This document shows, one piece after another, positions 47,336-57,615 of a DNA stretch of 64,000 nucleotides. The number at the start of each line of letters is the position of its first letter. Positions within the stretch are counted from its first letter, which is position 1. A program made the translations under genes and the position numbers. This DNA is from a virus. The notes below the pieces were generated by a model, which worked only from the letters and a program-made list of their open reading frames with translations, ran no database searches and was not told where the DNA came from. Location: positions 41,741 through 105,740 of the IMG/VR virus record IMGVR_UViG_3300042090_002597, one strand, 5' to 3'.

Positions 47336-47946
47336 GAAGGGGGTTGGATACGCTCCAGCACAAGCGAAATTTCCAGCTCTCCGATCGGATGCTGATCCGA
47401 GGAAAGTCCATAATCGTACCCAGTATCCTCATCCGCCAGGTGCTTCACACGATAGCTGTTCGGCAGAAGTGATGATTCCACCAGTGCCAGCAGCGAGGCG
47501 GGGGTAAAAGAACAAAGGTGTTCGGGCGACCATTTGGACGGCGGCACAGTCAACCGGCGCTCATAGAGATAAGCGTGAGGAACAAAGATAATCATTGTCC
47601 CGCCGATCCGCAGCACCCGGTGCCATTCCCGTAAATATGCAGGACGGTCATTCAGATGTTCAAGCACATGACTTGAGTGCACGCAATCGACTTTGCCGTC
47701 CTCGAAAGGAAGATGCAGCCCGTCGTAGCCGGGCGAGTGCTGTTCGATCCCGTAGGCCCCATCGACGATCGGCAGCGCGTCCGCGAGACCGCCGCGGAAC
47801 CCGACGTCAACCACTGTCGGCCCCGCCAGATACTTGTCCCAGAAGCCGTTTATACAGCGCCTTGCGTACGATTTCCGGCTTTCGTACCCCACCGGCCTGT
47901 TCAGATCCATGAAGAAAAACCCTCTGTCTACGGTCACCGTAAACAT
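47317..47946 (-). CDS. Class I SAM methyltransferase (Methyltransf_11-like)
   Basis: VDVG, LPFEDG..DCVHSSHVLEHL, EWHRVLRIGG. Confidence 0.85.
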   Translation of the reverse strand: MFTVTVDRGFFFMDLNRPVGYESRKSYARRCINGFWDKYLAGPTVVDVGFRGGLADALPIVDGAYGIEQHSPGYDGLHLPFEDGKVDCVHSSHVLEHLNDRPAYLREWHRVLRIGGTMIIFVPHAYLYERRLTVPPSKWSPEHLCSFTPASLLALVESSLLPNSYRVKHLADEDTGYDYGLSSDQHPIGELEISLVLERIQPPSWSVER

Positions 47947-48053
47947 ACCGTTGACAGGAGCATTACGCTAGTCCATATAATACGAACGACGTTTCCTCCC
48001 TAGACTGAGGGAGGGTTCTCGGACCCTCCCTCACTTTTTTCTCAAAGGTGCTC

Positions 48054-48344
48054 ATGTCGTCTTATCAGACCGTTGTGTCTAAGCTGGTTCAGGAAGGCAG
48101 CGATCTGTCGTTCCGCCAGGTCTTCGTGCTTGACCAGGTGTTCGACAAGGGCGAGCAGACCATCAAGGCGCTGCACGAAAGCGGCGGCGAGAAATTCAAC
48201 AAGCCCGGCGTCACCCGGGCGGTGGACCGGCTGGTCGAGCTTGGTTTCGCCGTGCGCAAGGATGACCCGAAGGACCGACGCTCGGTGCTGATTTCGCTGA
48301 CCAAAAACGGCAAAAAGTTTGTCGAGGCGATTCGGAAAATCTAG
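48054..48344 (+). CDS. MarR-family winged HTH regulator
   Basis: KPGVTRAVDRLVELGFAVRKDDPKDRRSV. Confidence 0.85.
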   Translation: MSSYQTVVSKLVQEGSDLSFRQVFVLDQVFDKGEQTIKALHESGGEKFNKPGVTRAVDRLVELGFAVRKDDPKDRRSVLISLTKNGKKFVEAIRKI

Positions 48345-48985
48345 CCGGTCATGTAGCTCACGACAGTGCCGTTGTCGGTCCGGGATATCGCCCACACCGG
48401 ACCATCCGGCACGAAAGTGGTGTTCCCCGGCGGCCATGTTCCGAACGGACCAAGCACCGCCGTCGGTGCCGCTCCGGATGCCGGCTGAACAGCGTCCCCC
48501 ACGCGCAGGCTGACCGTATCGCTCTGGGACATGTTTTGCAGTGACAGCACATTGTAGGCGCCGCTGCCGACCACTTGGGTGTAGTACTCCGATACCACAC
48601 CCACCGCGCCGGTGACAGTCGGTCCGGAAGCATTGCGCGATACGAATGCACCTGGACCGGCCGCGAATTGCGAGCCGATCACCAGCGAGATATTCCCCGG
48701 CGGCACTACCACCAGTTGTCCGTTGACCGGTGTGAAAGGTTGCTGGAGCGTCCCCGGTGCCACCACTGCATTGCCGGAGGCGTCGGTGACCCCAAAACAG
48801 GTCAGCGTGCCCCACGCGCCCGAGACCGGTCCGAAGACACAGTTCTGGCTGCTGATCTGAATGCCGCCGGTGACGGCGCTGAACGTGATCGGCTGCCCGG
48901 CATAATTCGTGCCCGACGGCGGAGTGACCACCGTCGTGCCGGATATCGCCGTGCCGAGTTGCAGATAGCCGGTTGTGGCGGACAC
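48341..48985 (-). CDS. Putative virion/tail accessory protein
   Basis: FGPVSGAWGTLTCFGVTDA motif seen in tail-fibre-associated proteins. Confidence 0.5.
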   Translation of the reverse strand: MSATTGYLQLGTAISGTTVVTPPSGTNYAGQPITFSAVTGGIQISSQNCVFGPVSGAWGTLTCFGVTDASGNAVVAPGTLQQPFTPVNGQLVVVPPGNISLVIGSQFAAGPGAFVSRNASGPTVTGAVGVVSEYYTQVVGSGAYNVLSLQNMSQSDTVSLRVGDAVQPASGAAPTAVLGPFGTWPPGNTTFVPDGPVWAISRTDNGTVVSYMTG

Positions 48986-49002
48986 TGAGCGTCCTTACGG
49001 AG

Positions 49003-49476
49003 TTACGGCGAGTGCCCGAACTGATTGCCGCCGAACCAGGAATAGAGCACCGTGGTGCCGGTGGCCTGCAGATAGGCAACGCCGGACACGGCGGAGCCGC
49101 TGCCGGTCAAGCTGCCGGAGACGTTCGGCGGATAGACGCTGAGCCCGCTGACGCCGAAATTGCCGATGGCGATCTGATCAGGCCAGGGCGGCGGCGGCAG
49201 CGTGCAGCCGGTGCCGGATGCCACGGTGGTGAAATACGCACTTTGTGTGGTGATCGGAAACGCGTTGGCGATGGTGGTGCCGCTGGCGGTCAAACCGGAG
49301 GCATACGAGCCGCCGGCAACAATGCCTGTGACACCGTTCTGGAACCCGTAGGTCGCCACAGCCTGGGCAAAATTGATGTTCTGCCCGACGTTGGGACCAC
49401 CGGTGTTGCCGAGATTCATGAAGAACTCGCCCGGGTTCAGCAGACCGAGCGGATTGGACGGTGACGGACCCGGCAT
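49003..49476 (-). CDS. Putative virion structural protein
   Basis: Gly/Ser/Thr-rich, in the structural region. Confidence 0.5.
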   Translation of the reverse strand: MPGPSPSNPLGLLNPGEFFMNLGNTGGPNVGQNINFAQAVATYGFQNGVTGIVAGGSYASGLTASGTTIANAFPITTQSAYFTTVASGTGCTLPPPPWPDQIAIGNFGVSGLSVYPPNVSGSLTGSGSAVSGVAYLQATGTTVLYSWFGGNQFGHSP

Positions 49477-49550
49477 GATGGCAAGCTCCTTTTGCTCCGC
49501 CGATGCTATCCGCCGTAGCCCGGCCGCCCGATGCCGCTTAGTCTTTCGAC

Positions 49551-51323
49551 ATGACAATTCCGGCTTGGTTCTGGCCTCCCTCCGGAGCGGGCGACCGTCC
49601 GGCCGCCCGTGCCATCGCGCTTGCATCTTTTGGTGCGGGCATGGCGGTGGCGGACTGGGTATCGCCGGTAATCTGGCCGTTCTCCGGAGGTGCGTTTCAG
49701 TCCGGAATCACTCTGCCCGGCCTGTCATATGGCTTCGCCGGAGCGGTATCCGACGGCGCAAGCGGGTTGTGGGCAGTCACCTGGGACAGCAATTTCAGGC
49801 GCATAACTTCCGGCGGTGTTGTTTCGTACACTGCCGGCATCGTCTCGCCTTATACCGTCTCCGTGGGCGCTGCCTGGTGCAGCGGCAGCGGATTTGCGCT
49901 GGCGGCATCCGGCACCGTCTATATCTCCGGCGCCACATCCCTGGCCTCGTTTCCGCTTCCCGGCCGCCCCCTGGTGTCCAGCGGCACCACGCTCGCGACG
50001 ATCATGGGCGCATCCGGTGTAGGTCTTATGAACGCCAATACCGGTGCCACCGGTTTCATCGCCTTCCCGGCGGCTCTGACGTCCCCTACCTGCATTGCGG
50101 TGGCTTCCGGCACGCCACTGGTCCTGGCCGGCTGGAGCAATGCGCCGTTGCTGTCCGGCATGGTCGCCGCGGCTATGGATCCGCAGGACTCGACAAGAAT
50201 GCTCGCGGTCGGATCGGGACATGTGATCGAGTGGTTATCCCCGTCCGGATATTCCGACACATGGTCGCAGCTGCAATTGGTCACCGGTACCGCCTCGCTC
50301 ACCGCGATGGCGTGGCGTCCGGACGGCACCCAGGCCCTGGCATGCAGCCCGGCCTCCGGAGCCGTACAGGTCTTCACGTACACGGTCGGTACGATATCGC
50401 TGGCACAGACTTTATCGTCCATTTCCGGCGCCTGCTCGGTGGCGGTCGCCGGTACGTCCGTGAATGCGCTAGTGGCGCAGTCCGGCCAGTCCCAGGTCAC
50501 TCCGCTGACGTACGCCGGCAGCACATGGTCGACCGGGGCGGCCGTGGGCGGTCTGGCGGGTATCGTGGCGGTGGCGGCGTACGGTTCCTCCGGCGCGGTG
50601 GCAGCCACTTCATCTGGCCTGCAATACCTCAATCTGGTCGGCGGGACGTGGGCTACCGGCACCACGGTATCGCTGGGGTTCACGCCTTCCGTGCTGACCG
50701 TGGACAATTATGGCCAGGTCTACGCGGCTGCCAGCGGGGCGGTGGCGATGGCTTCCGGAGGTACATTGCTGGCCAGCGGCACATGGTCCGGTGGCGCTCC
50801 GTCCGCTATCGCGGTGCAGCAAGGGCAGATCGCCCTGGCAATACCGACCGACGGGCTGATCCGCATGTTCGGGCTTTCGTCTTCCGGTGCGCTTACCCAG
50901 CAATCGACGACCAGCATATCCAGCAACAGCACCGGCCTGGGACTGTCGAACACCACGCTTTTCGTGATGCAGTCGAGCGGCACCGCGCTCTACGGTTTCT
51001 CGGGCGCGCCCTACTATCTGACCCCCGTGAAATCCGGGGCGGTGTCATTCTGGAACGGATCCGCCTGGACCACGGCCTCCCAAATGGGAGTGGGCCATGT
51101 TCCCTCCGCGATCGGTCTGGACGCTTCCGGCGGCGTGTGGGCAGCCACTTTGCAGAATACGCTCTGGCACGTCTCGTCCGGCGGTGCCACGCTTTCCTCC
51201 GGTGCCCTGACCACCTACAGTGGCCAGACACAGAGCGTGCCGCTCTGCCCGTCGGCAATTCTCGTGTCCGGAGGCACTTATGTTGCGACATCGATCCCCG
51301 GCGTGCTGATTCAGGCTGCATGA
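49551..51323 (+). CDS. Beta-propeller-like virion/baseplate protein
   Basis: Repeated short beta-strand units (MAWRPDGT, DNYGQVY, DASGGVW); first gene of the baseplate operon. Confidence 0.55.
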   Translation: MTIPAWFWPPSGAGDRPAARAIALASFGAGMAVADWVSPVIWPFSGGAFQSGITLPGLSYGFAGAVSDGASGLWAVTWDSNFRRITSGGVVSYTAGIVSPYTVSVGAAWCSGSGFALAASGTVYISGATSLASFPLPGRPLVSSGTTLATIMGASGVGLMNANTGATGFIAFPAALTSPTCIAVASGTPLVLAGWSNAPLLSGMVAAAMDPQDSTRMLAVGSGHVIEWLSPSGYSDTWSQLQLVTGTASLTAMAWRPDGTQALACSPASGAVQVFTYTVGTISLAQTLSSISGACSVAVAGTSVNALVAQSGQSQVTPLTYAGSTWSTGAAVGGLAGIVAVAAYGSSGAVAATSSGLQYLNLVGGTWATGTTVSLGFTPSVLTVDNYGQVYAAASGAVAMASGGTLLASGTWSGGAPSAIAVQQGQIALAIPTDGLIRMFGLSSSGALTQQSTTSISSNSTGLGLSNTTLFVMQSSGTALYGFSGAPYYLTPVKSGAVSFWNGSAWTTASQMGVGHVPSAIGLDASGGVWAATLQNTLWHVSSGGATLSSGALTTYSGQTQSVPLCPSAILVSGGTYVATSIPGVLIQAA

Positions 51324-51324
51324 T

Positions 51325-51987
51325 ATGAGCGGGCAGCAATACCGGACGCAACCTGTCGGACTCGGCATTCTGCCGGCTCTGTATCAACTATCCATACGAG
51401 TGCCCGGCCAGTTCTTTTCAGAGCTGTCGACATATACCTTTCCGCTGACGCCGAGCCAGTTGCGCGCGGACCGATCGGCGCTTTCAACTTTCTCCGACAC
51501 CCAAGGCCCGGCGTCCAGTCAGGGCGTCACACGCGTAGTGGACTCATATGGCCTGTCGCCACCGGTCTTCACCATCGAAGGGACCACCGGCTATGACCGG
51601 CATCAATCGGATGGGTATGTCCTGACCGGGCTGCAATCCATGCTGCTGTTGCAGCAATTTCTGGCGCAGTACGCCACGCTGAACCAGAACCAGCGGGCCG
51701 CTGGAAATCCGCAACTCTATACTCTGGAATTTTATGATTATTACGGAAATCAATTCTGGCAGGTCGAACCGGTCGGACCACAGACGATACGACAGGCGAA
51801 CGATCGCCCGACACTTATCTACTACCGTTTTCGCTGGGCTGCCGTGAAACCTGCCGGCGTGCCAATTCTCGGGGAAGTAGACGCACTCGCCAATCTGTTG
51901 GCGACCCCGGCTCAGCAGGCTGTGGTGAACGCCGCGCTGACCCTCGGTGCCCTCGTGACTGCATACAGCCCGACTGGACCACTTTGA
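51325..51987 (+). CDS. Tail/baseplate protein (tube-initiator-like)
   Basis: YTFPLTPSQL...FTIEGTTG...LEFYDY; genomic context. Confidence 0.55.
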   Translation: MSGQQYRTQPVGLGILPALYQLSIRVPGQFFSELSTYTFPLTPSQLRADRSALSTFSDTQGPASSQGVTRVVDSYGLSPPVFTIEGTTGYDRHQSDGYVLTGLQSMLLLQQFLAQYATLNQNQRAAGNPQLYTLEFYDYYGNQFWQVEPVGPQTIRQANDRPTLIYYRFRWAAVKPAGVPILGEVDALANLLATPAQQAVVNAALTLGALVTAYSPTGPL

Positions 51988-53438
51988 TGAGCGGCGTCAG
52001 CGGAAGTTACAATTTCCCATATGTGTCGTATCCCGGATCTGTCTTCGCGACCTGCTACCAAGCAGCCGCGTGGCTGAACAATGTGCTGGCCAGCGGTTCT
52101 ACGCCCGCGCGCAGTGTGGTGGCTCCCGCACTGGCTGTGTTCAACACGCTCCAGAACGGCGCCGACGCGGTCGCGGCGTGGCAGGCTGCCAATGCGATGG
52201 CGCTGGAAGTGCAGAACATGGCCGCGATCCAGGCGCTGCCGCTGACGCTCAGTTCCGGAACGCTCGCCTATTTCAACGCCCGCAGCAGCGCCATCTCGGC
52301 GGCGGCGAGCGGGCTACTAAAAATAGCACCGACGGCAAACCCTTTCACGGCCTCGCCGCTGCTCGCCGCCGGTCAGCCGGCCATCGCGTATCCGGGTTTT
52401 CTCGAATGGTGCATGGCTTTCAATGCGGAGGCGCCGCCCGCGGGTCTGGCGGCGTCCAATCTCGTCACCTACGCTTCCGGCGAGGCGACCGCCTGGAACA
52501 CCATAGCCATGGCCATCCAGGTGGTCCAAGGAACTGCCTTGACGCCAGCGTACGACACCGCAGCGCGACAGTACCGGATATCTTCCAGCGTCTCCGGCAT
52601 GCTCGCCGCTGTCACGGGTGCGACCGGACCATTCACTCAAACCGCGGTAACAGGCATATGGAACGGCACCGTGGCGATGCCGTCTCTGCTGCTCGACGCC
52701 GCCACTCTGGTGTCTGCACCTTCACAATTGCAGAACCAGCAAGGTGCCGCAATACGGTTCACCTTGCGCCAGCTTTCGATCGAAATAGCCCAATTGCTTC
52801 TGTCGCTCCGGTCAGTGCAAACCAACCAAGTGCTCACTGCCGAGCTTCGGCGGAGCGAGACCTTGATGGACCTTGCCGCACGGGCCGGCGGCGGTTTTGA
52901 GAACTGGTCGACCATCGCCGCGCTGAACAATATCCAGCCGCCTTGGCCTGGGCCGACCAATCAATCCGTGGCGGCGTCCGGCACTCCATTGCTGATGCCG
53001 GGAAGCTCTCTCCCCGCGTCCGGTGTGCCGTATCCGACCTACGAGGCGAATGTGTTGGGTATTGATTACGATTTCGGTCCGATCAACGGCACGCAGCCCG
53101 CGTGGATCGGGGATTTTCCGCTGATCGTCGGATACTCCAATTTCGCCCGGGCGCTCGGGCGGCGTATCCAGACACCGCTCGGTGCGTTGATCTATCATAC
53201 CGGGTACGGCAGCAGAATTCCCGGCGAAGTGGGTGCGATCCAGAGCAGCGACGAAGCCGCCCGGCTATCAGCGTTCGGAAACGCGGCGCTGGCGGCAGAT
53301 CCTCGCACTGCGTATGTGGTATCCTCCAGCGCTTCGGTGCAGTCGGGCTTCCTCGGTACCTTTAGCGGCACTGTGATGCCTGTGGGCCCCGGAGCCACGG
53401 CTACTTCCGTTAACGAAACAATCAATCCTCTGCCGTAG
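51984..53438 (+). CDS. Baseplate protein with LysM-like and gp25/gpW-like C-terminal domains
   Basis: ETLMDLAAR...WSTIAALNNI; RRIQTPLGALIYHTGYGS...ADPR. Confidence 0.65.
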   Translation: MMSGVSGSYNFPYVSYPGSVFATCYQAAAWLNNVLASGSTPARSVVAPALAVFNTLQNGADAVAAWQAANAMALEVQNMAAIQALPLTLSSGTLAYFNARSSAISAAASGLLKIAPTANPFTASPLLAAGQPAIAYPGFLEWCMAFNAEAPPAGLAASNLVTYASGEATAWNTIAMAIQVVQGTALTPAYDTAARQYRISSSVSGMLAAVTGATGPFTQTAVTGIWNGTVAMPSLLLDAATLVSAPSQLQNQQGAAIRFTLRQLSIEIAQLLLSLRSVQTNQVLTAELRRSETLMDLAARAGGGFENWSTIAALNNIQPPWPGPTNQSVAASGTPLLMPGSSLPASGVPYPTYEANVLGIDYDFGPINGTQPAWIGDFPLIVGYSNFARALGRRIQTPLGALIYHTGYGSRIPGEVGAIQSSDEAARLSAFGNAALAADPRTAYVVSSSASVQSGFLGTFSGTVMPVGPGATATSVNETINPLP

Positions 53439-53446
53439 GATATCGC

Positions 53447-55714
53447 ATGTCCGGTTCGCTCACACCCACCGTCGCCGCCGCGCCGAGCACCGTTCAGGTT
53501 GCCGCCGAAGCGATTGCGCTGATCGCGGCACAGACGAATGTTCCGACCGATTACAATGTGGGCTCGAATGTCCGCACCATGCTGGAGGCGCAGGGATCCG
53601 TCGTCGAACTGCAGGCTCTGTCGGATCAGGCCATGGCGTTCCAGGCACTGGTTTACGGTGCGATGTCACTGTTCGGCGTTACGCAGAGTTCGGGAAATGT
53701 GGCAACCGGTGTCGTGACTTTCGCCACGTCGTTTCCTGTGAGTTCGGCCGCGAATGTGTCCCAGGCCGTTCTGATCCCCAGTGGCACGCTGGTGCAGACG
53801 GCGGGCGGCATCCAATTCACCACATATTCGAATATAACGCTCGCGTCCGGCACCAATTCCATCACCGCTGGTGTTTTCGCGGTGCAGCCGGGTATTGCCG
53901 GAAATGTGGTTGCTTCTGCAATTACCGGGACACCGCTGACCTCGATCGGCTATCCGCTCTACGTAACAAACGCCAATGCCACCGCTGGCGGGGCGAATGC
54001 CGGTTCACAGAGCACGGCGCTGGCCCTTTTTACTGCCAAGGCAGCGTCGCTGGGACTGTGCACGCCGGTCTCGATCGCCAATGCAGTGGTCGGCGTGGTG
54101 GCGACCGGCACCGGCGAGACGGTGCAATTTGGTGCCTGCTACGACGATAAGACCGAAATCTTGACCGCAAACGGCTGGTACAAGTTCAGTGAACTTCCGT
54201 ACGGTATCCACGTAGCGACGCTTAACCCTGACACGCATGAACTTGAATACCAGATGCCTAGTGCGTATCAAGCATTTCCATATTCCGGAGAGATGGTACG
54301 GATAAACGGTCGGTTCCTGGACATGTGCGTGACGCCGGATCACAGAATGTACGTCAAGGCCAGAGGCGGCAATAAGTGGGGCTTCACAAAAGCTGATTCG
54401 CTTGCGAAAAACAGCATGTTCATGCGCAACTGCAAGAACAGCGAAACGGACGTTGATTTTTTCCAGATCGGAAAACATCGTATCGCCGCAGACCTTTGGC
54501 TCGAATTTCTTGGGTACTACGTGTCAGAAGGATGCGTAGGCCGCTATGAGTCAATCCGTAAAAATAGCCGTGAAAAGCGAAGGGCAGGAACCAAGTGCGT
54601 GGCGTACTCGCTTCAGATACGACAACACGATCCGAAGGCGCGGGCAAAAATAAAGAAATGCTTGGAGAGACTGCCACTGACAGTACACGAATGGGGTACC
54701 GGTCTAAGCGCTCACAGCAAAGACCTGTTCGAACATTTAATTGCACTAGGAAAAGCATGCGATAAACGTTTGCCAGTTTACGCAAAAAACCTATCAGCTA
54801 GGCAGTCCAAAATACTTCTGGATGCTTTGATTGAAGGTGATGGGTTCGACGGGCGGGTGAACACTAAAAATCACCATACTGAGGTTATGTATTTTACTGC
54901 GTCAAAACAACTTGCGGACGACGTACAAGAAATTGCTATGCGCGCAGGCTTGGCTGCGTCCATAAAAGAAGACAATCGCATAGGTCGTGAAGTAAATATA
55001 AAAGGACGTGGCGTAACTGGTCACACAAGTTGCACGCAGTATCGCGTAACGATTCACCAACAACTTTTCACGCACACAGTCGGCGAAAACATGAGCCGCG
55101 AACACTACGAGGGGAGAGTTTACTGTGTTACGGTTCCGAATCATATAATTTACGTAAGACGTAACGGAAAAGTGTGCTGGAACGGCCAATGTTATGAGCC
55201 CTGGATCGCAGCTGGTTCTGGCGCTGGTTCCGGTACCGCCGGTTACACGGTCTATATCGATAACGGCACGGGCGGCGCCAGCGCGGCACTGATCGCGGCA
55301 ACACAGGCATGGCTTTCCGGATCGCAGATTGCGAATCAAAGCGGTTTCCGCCCTGCAGGCGTGCCCTATACTGTCTCCGGAGTGACGCCGGTCTATGCAA
55401 CCGTGGTTGTGAGCGGAACCCTTTTCCCTGGCCTGTTCGGGTCCGGCAGCGTTGCCGCAGCGGCGGTAAGCGGCATCACCGCCTATTTCAACACGCTCGG
55501 AATTTGCGCGCCGAATTCTTCCGGTGTGCCGCTGAACTATGCTTTGCAGCCGCAGGTAGCAGCCGCCGCAGCTGACGCCGGACTTGGCTCGTTCTCCTCG
55601 CTGACGGTCAATCTCTACTACACCGCAAGCTCCGGGTCCGCTGTCTCTTTGGTCAGCGGCGGGGTTGGCACCCGTGTGATTCTGTCATCTCTGTCCGTGA
55701 ACATCACACCATGA
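53447..55714 (+). CDS. Baseplate J-like wedge protein containing an intein
   Basis: DYNVGSNVRTMLEA, ATGVVTF, IPSGTLVQT, PGIAGNV, RPAGV flanking the intein. Confidence 0.85.
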   Translation: MSGSLTPTVAAAPSTVQVAAEAIALIAAQTNVPTDYNVGSNVRTMLEAQGSVVELQALSDQAMAFQALVYGAMSLFGVTQSSGNVATGVVTFATSFPVSSAANVSQAVLIPSGTLVQTAGGIQFTTYSNITLASGTNSITAGVFAVQPGIAGNVVASAITGTPLTSIGYPLYVTNANATAGGANAGSQSTALALFTAKAASLGLCTPVSIANAVVGVVATGTGETVQFGACYDDKTEILTANGWYKFSELPYGIHVATLNPDTHELEYQMPSAYQAFPYSGEMVRINGRFLDMCVTPDHRMYVKARGGNKWGFTKADSLAKNSMFMRNCKNSETDVDFFQIGKHRIAADLWLEFLGYYVSEGCVGRYESIRKNSREKRRAGTKCVAYSLQIRQHDPKARAKIKKCLERLPLTVHEWGTGLSAHSKDLFEHLIALGKACDKRLPVYAKNLSARQSKILLDALIEGDGFDGRVNTKNHHTEVMYFTASKQLADDVQEIAMRAGLAASIKEDNRIGREVNIKGRGVTGHTSCTQYRVTIHQQLFTHTVGENMSREHYEGRVYCVTVPNHIIYVRRNGKVCWNGQCYEPWIAAGSGAGSGTAGYTVYIDNGTGGASAALIAATQAWLSGSQIANQSGFRPAGVPYTVSGVTPVYATVVVSGTLFPGLFGSGSVAAAAVSGITAYFNTLGICAPNSSGVPLNYALQPQVAAAAADAGLGSFSSLTVNLYYTASSGSAVSLVSGGVGTRVILSSLSVNITP
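54137..55189 (+). mobile_element. 351-aa intein with LAGLIDADG homing endonuclease and C-terminal Gln
   Basis: C1 YDDKTEILTANGW; block B VTPDHRMY; FLGYYVSEG and LLDALIEGDG; VYCVTVPNH...WNGQ followed by Cys; lower GC than flanks. Confidence 0.92.
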
Positions 55715-56418
55715 ACTACGCTGCGGTCCGGGCCCAGATCAATGACCTACCGGCGACTTTCACGCCGACGGGAAATCCATACGCGCAAGTGGCCGCCGCG
55801 CGTGCCGCTGCGCTGGCGGTTTTCACCAACGGCTCGGACGCAACGGAGCAACAGGTCCAGCAGTTCAGCAACGCGATCGACGGCTGGATAGACGTCTGGG
55901 GTCTGCTTTTTGGAATTCCCCGGAATACCAATGAAGGTAACGTACCGTACGCCATCCGGATTGTTGAAACCGTGCTGGCCTGGGTCGGAACACTGCCTGC
56001 CTTGCAGGCATGGACCACGCTTTTTGCCCCGGGCGGCTCCGTTGCGGAGAATGGGTCCGGTCTCGGCTATACCATCACCCTGCCGGGTGCCATGACCGCT
56101 ACTCAGGCGGCTGCTTTTGTGGCGTCGCTCGGGCGCATCCGACCGGCGGGCGTGCCGTTCGTGGTCGTCGGTGGCGGACTGGGCCTGTACTTGGACGCAG
56201 AAGCCTTCCTGGGAAAAGGAGTCGTGTTTGGCTCCTATCTCACCGGCTACACCACACCTGGCACATTCAATCTGAATGCCACCACCAACAGTTCACAGCC
56301 GCTGATACCGACTTTATTTCTGTCGGATCCAAACCTGAATCCCGGCACATCACAGTGGCCGAACTTCTCCGTGAATTCCCCCTACATCCCGGGCACTGTC
56401 GTGTCAGGCGTGGCGTAA
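55711..56418 (+). CDS. Baseplate wedge protein (gpI-like)
   Basis: WIDVWGLLFGIPR..NE...RPAGV; follows J. Confidence 0.75.
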   Translation: MNYAAVRAQINDLPATFTPTGNPYAQVAAARAAALAVFTNGSDATEQQVQQFSNAIDGWIDVWGLLFGIPRNTNEGNVPYAIRIVETVLAWVGTLPALQAWTTLFAPGGSVAENGSGLGYTITLPGAMTATQAAAFVASLGRIRPAGVPFVVVGGGLGLYLDAEAFLGKGVVFGSYLTGYTTPGTFNLNATTNSSQPLIPTLFLSDPNLNPGTSQWPNFSVNSPYIPGTVVSGVA

Positions 56419-56430
56419 GGAAAATTTCGA

Positions 56431-57615
56431 ATGGTCAAGTATCCGAACTTTACCGATCCGCAGTTCCTGGACGCCGCTGCCCCTGGCGGGTTGAACCCGG
56501 CAATGTCGTTGATCGCTGCATCATTCGGCGCGATCGGCTCGGGTGTGTGGGCTGCTCCGGGACTTCTGGCTCCGGATGCGATGGTGGTCACTTTCAGCGG
56601 CATGACCGCGAATGTCAGCCTGCCGTCGCCGTGGGGTGTGGTGACCTCGGGCGGCATCCGCGTGCACGCGCACGGGACGCAGACAGGCCAGGACACACAG
56701 GCGTATACAGTCAATTTCACTTCGCTCATTCCGAGCACGGGATCGCTCACCGCGTATCTTGCGGCGACCATCACCACCATCAACCAGACGGCTTTTCCAG
56801 TTCCAGGACCGCCGCCGGGACAGCCTGCCTATGACCCGCTCTATGTGCCGTCCGTAGGTTATGCTTCGAACACCTACACGGTTGCGCTCAGCGCGGTGAC
56901 TGGCGGCATCGACAATATCAGCACGTTCGAATTGTTCCGCACCACGCTGTCCGCGTCCCAGACCGGTCTTGTGTCGGTCAGTCCGGTTGGACAGATGCGC
57001 GCTCCGGATCGCAGAGCGTGGCCTCCGTCGTACCAGACCAGCGGCGGCGCATTGGTCGCTTCGCAGGCGCAGCAGGTGATCTTCCCGCTGTATCCCAGTC
57101 TGACGTTCACGCTTCCGCTGGCCAGCGGCGCTGGGGGTCTGGCGTTCGGGTTTTCCAATCCGACAACAGGCACCTGCACTATTGCGGCCGCCGGTAGCGA
57201 CGGACTCTACGCTCTTGGCCGGTCGTCCGTCAGTTCGCTGACCATCCCTGCGGGTGGCTCCGTGGTAATGTGGGGCGACGCTTCGACCAATGCTTGGCGC
57301 TCGATCGGCGGTGATGTCGATTTTAGCCCGCAGAGTTTGAGCAGTATCGGATATAGATTTTTTCCGAACGGCATGGTACTGATGTGGGCAGCAACAGGTC
57401 TGACAACGCCAGGCGTAGGTAATTACTCGTTCACGGTTACGCTTCCTACTCCGTTTCCGAATGCACCTTTCTGGGCGATGGCCAACTGGGGCGGTTCTGC
57501 GCCTCCACTATCCGGTTCGGTCGCCGCTACTGCGTCCGGTACAACTGTTGTCGTTACAATAGCGTCGCCAGCGGCGGCTGTTTACGGAATTACATGGGCG
57601 GCATTAGGCTATTAG
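56431..57615 (+). CDS. Tail fibre protein
   Basis: C-terminal GYRFFPNGMVLMW...PFPNA gp53-like domain; follows gpI. Confidence 0.75.
   Translation: MVKYPNFTDPQFLDAAAPGGLNPAMSLIAASFGAIGSGVWAAPGLLAPDAMVVTFSGMTANVSLPSPWGVVTSGGIRVHAHGTQTGQDTQAYTVNFTSLIPSTGSLTAYLAATITTINQTAFPVPGPPPGQPAYDPLYVPSVGYASNTYTVALSAVTGGIDNISTFELFRTTLSASQTGLVSVSPVGQMRAPDRRAWPPSYQTSGGALVASQAQQVIFPLYPSLTFTLPLASGAGGLAFGFSNPTTGTCTIAAAGSDGLYALGRSSVSSLTIPAGGSVVMWGDASTNAWRSIGGDVDFSPQSLSSIGYRFFPNGMVLMWAATGLTTPGVGNYSFTVTLPTPFPNAPFWAMANWGGSAPPLSGSVAATASGTTVVVTIASPAAAVYGITWAALGY

Noticed and set aside
49373-51328. 651-aa ORF and other long shadow ORFs (e.g. 18121-19287, 14405-15253)
   Set aside because: Arg-rich alternative or antisense frames of well-supported genes in high-GC DNA, with no recognisable motifs
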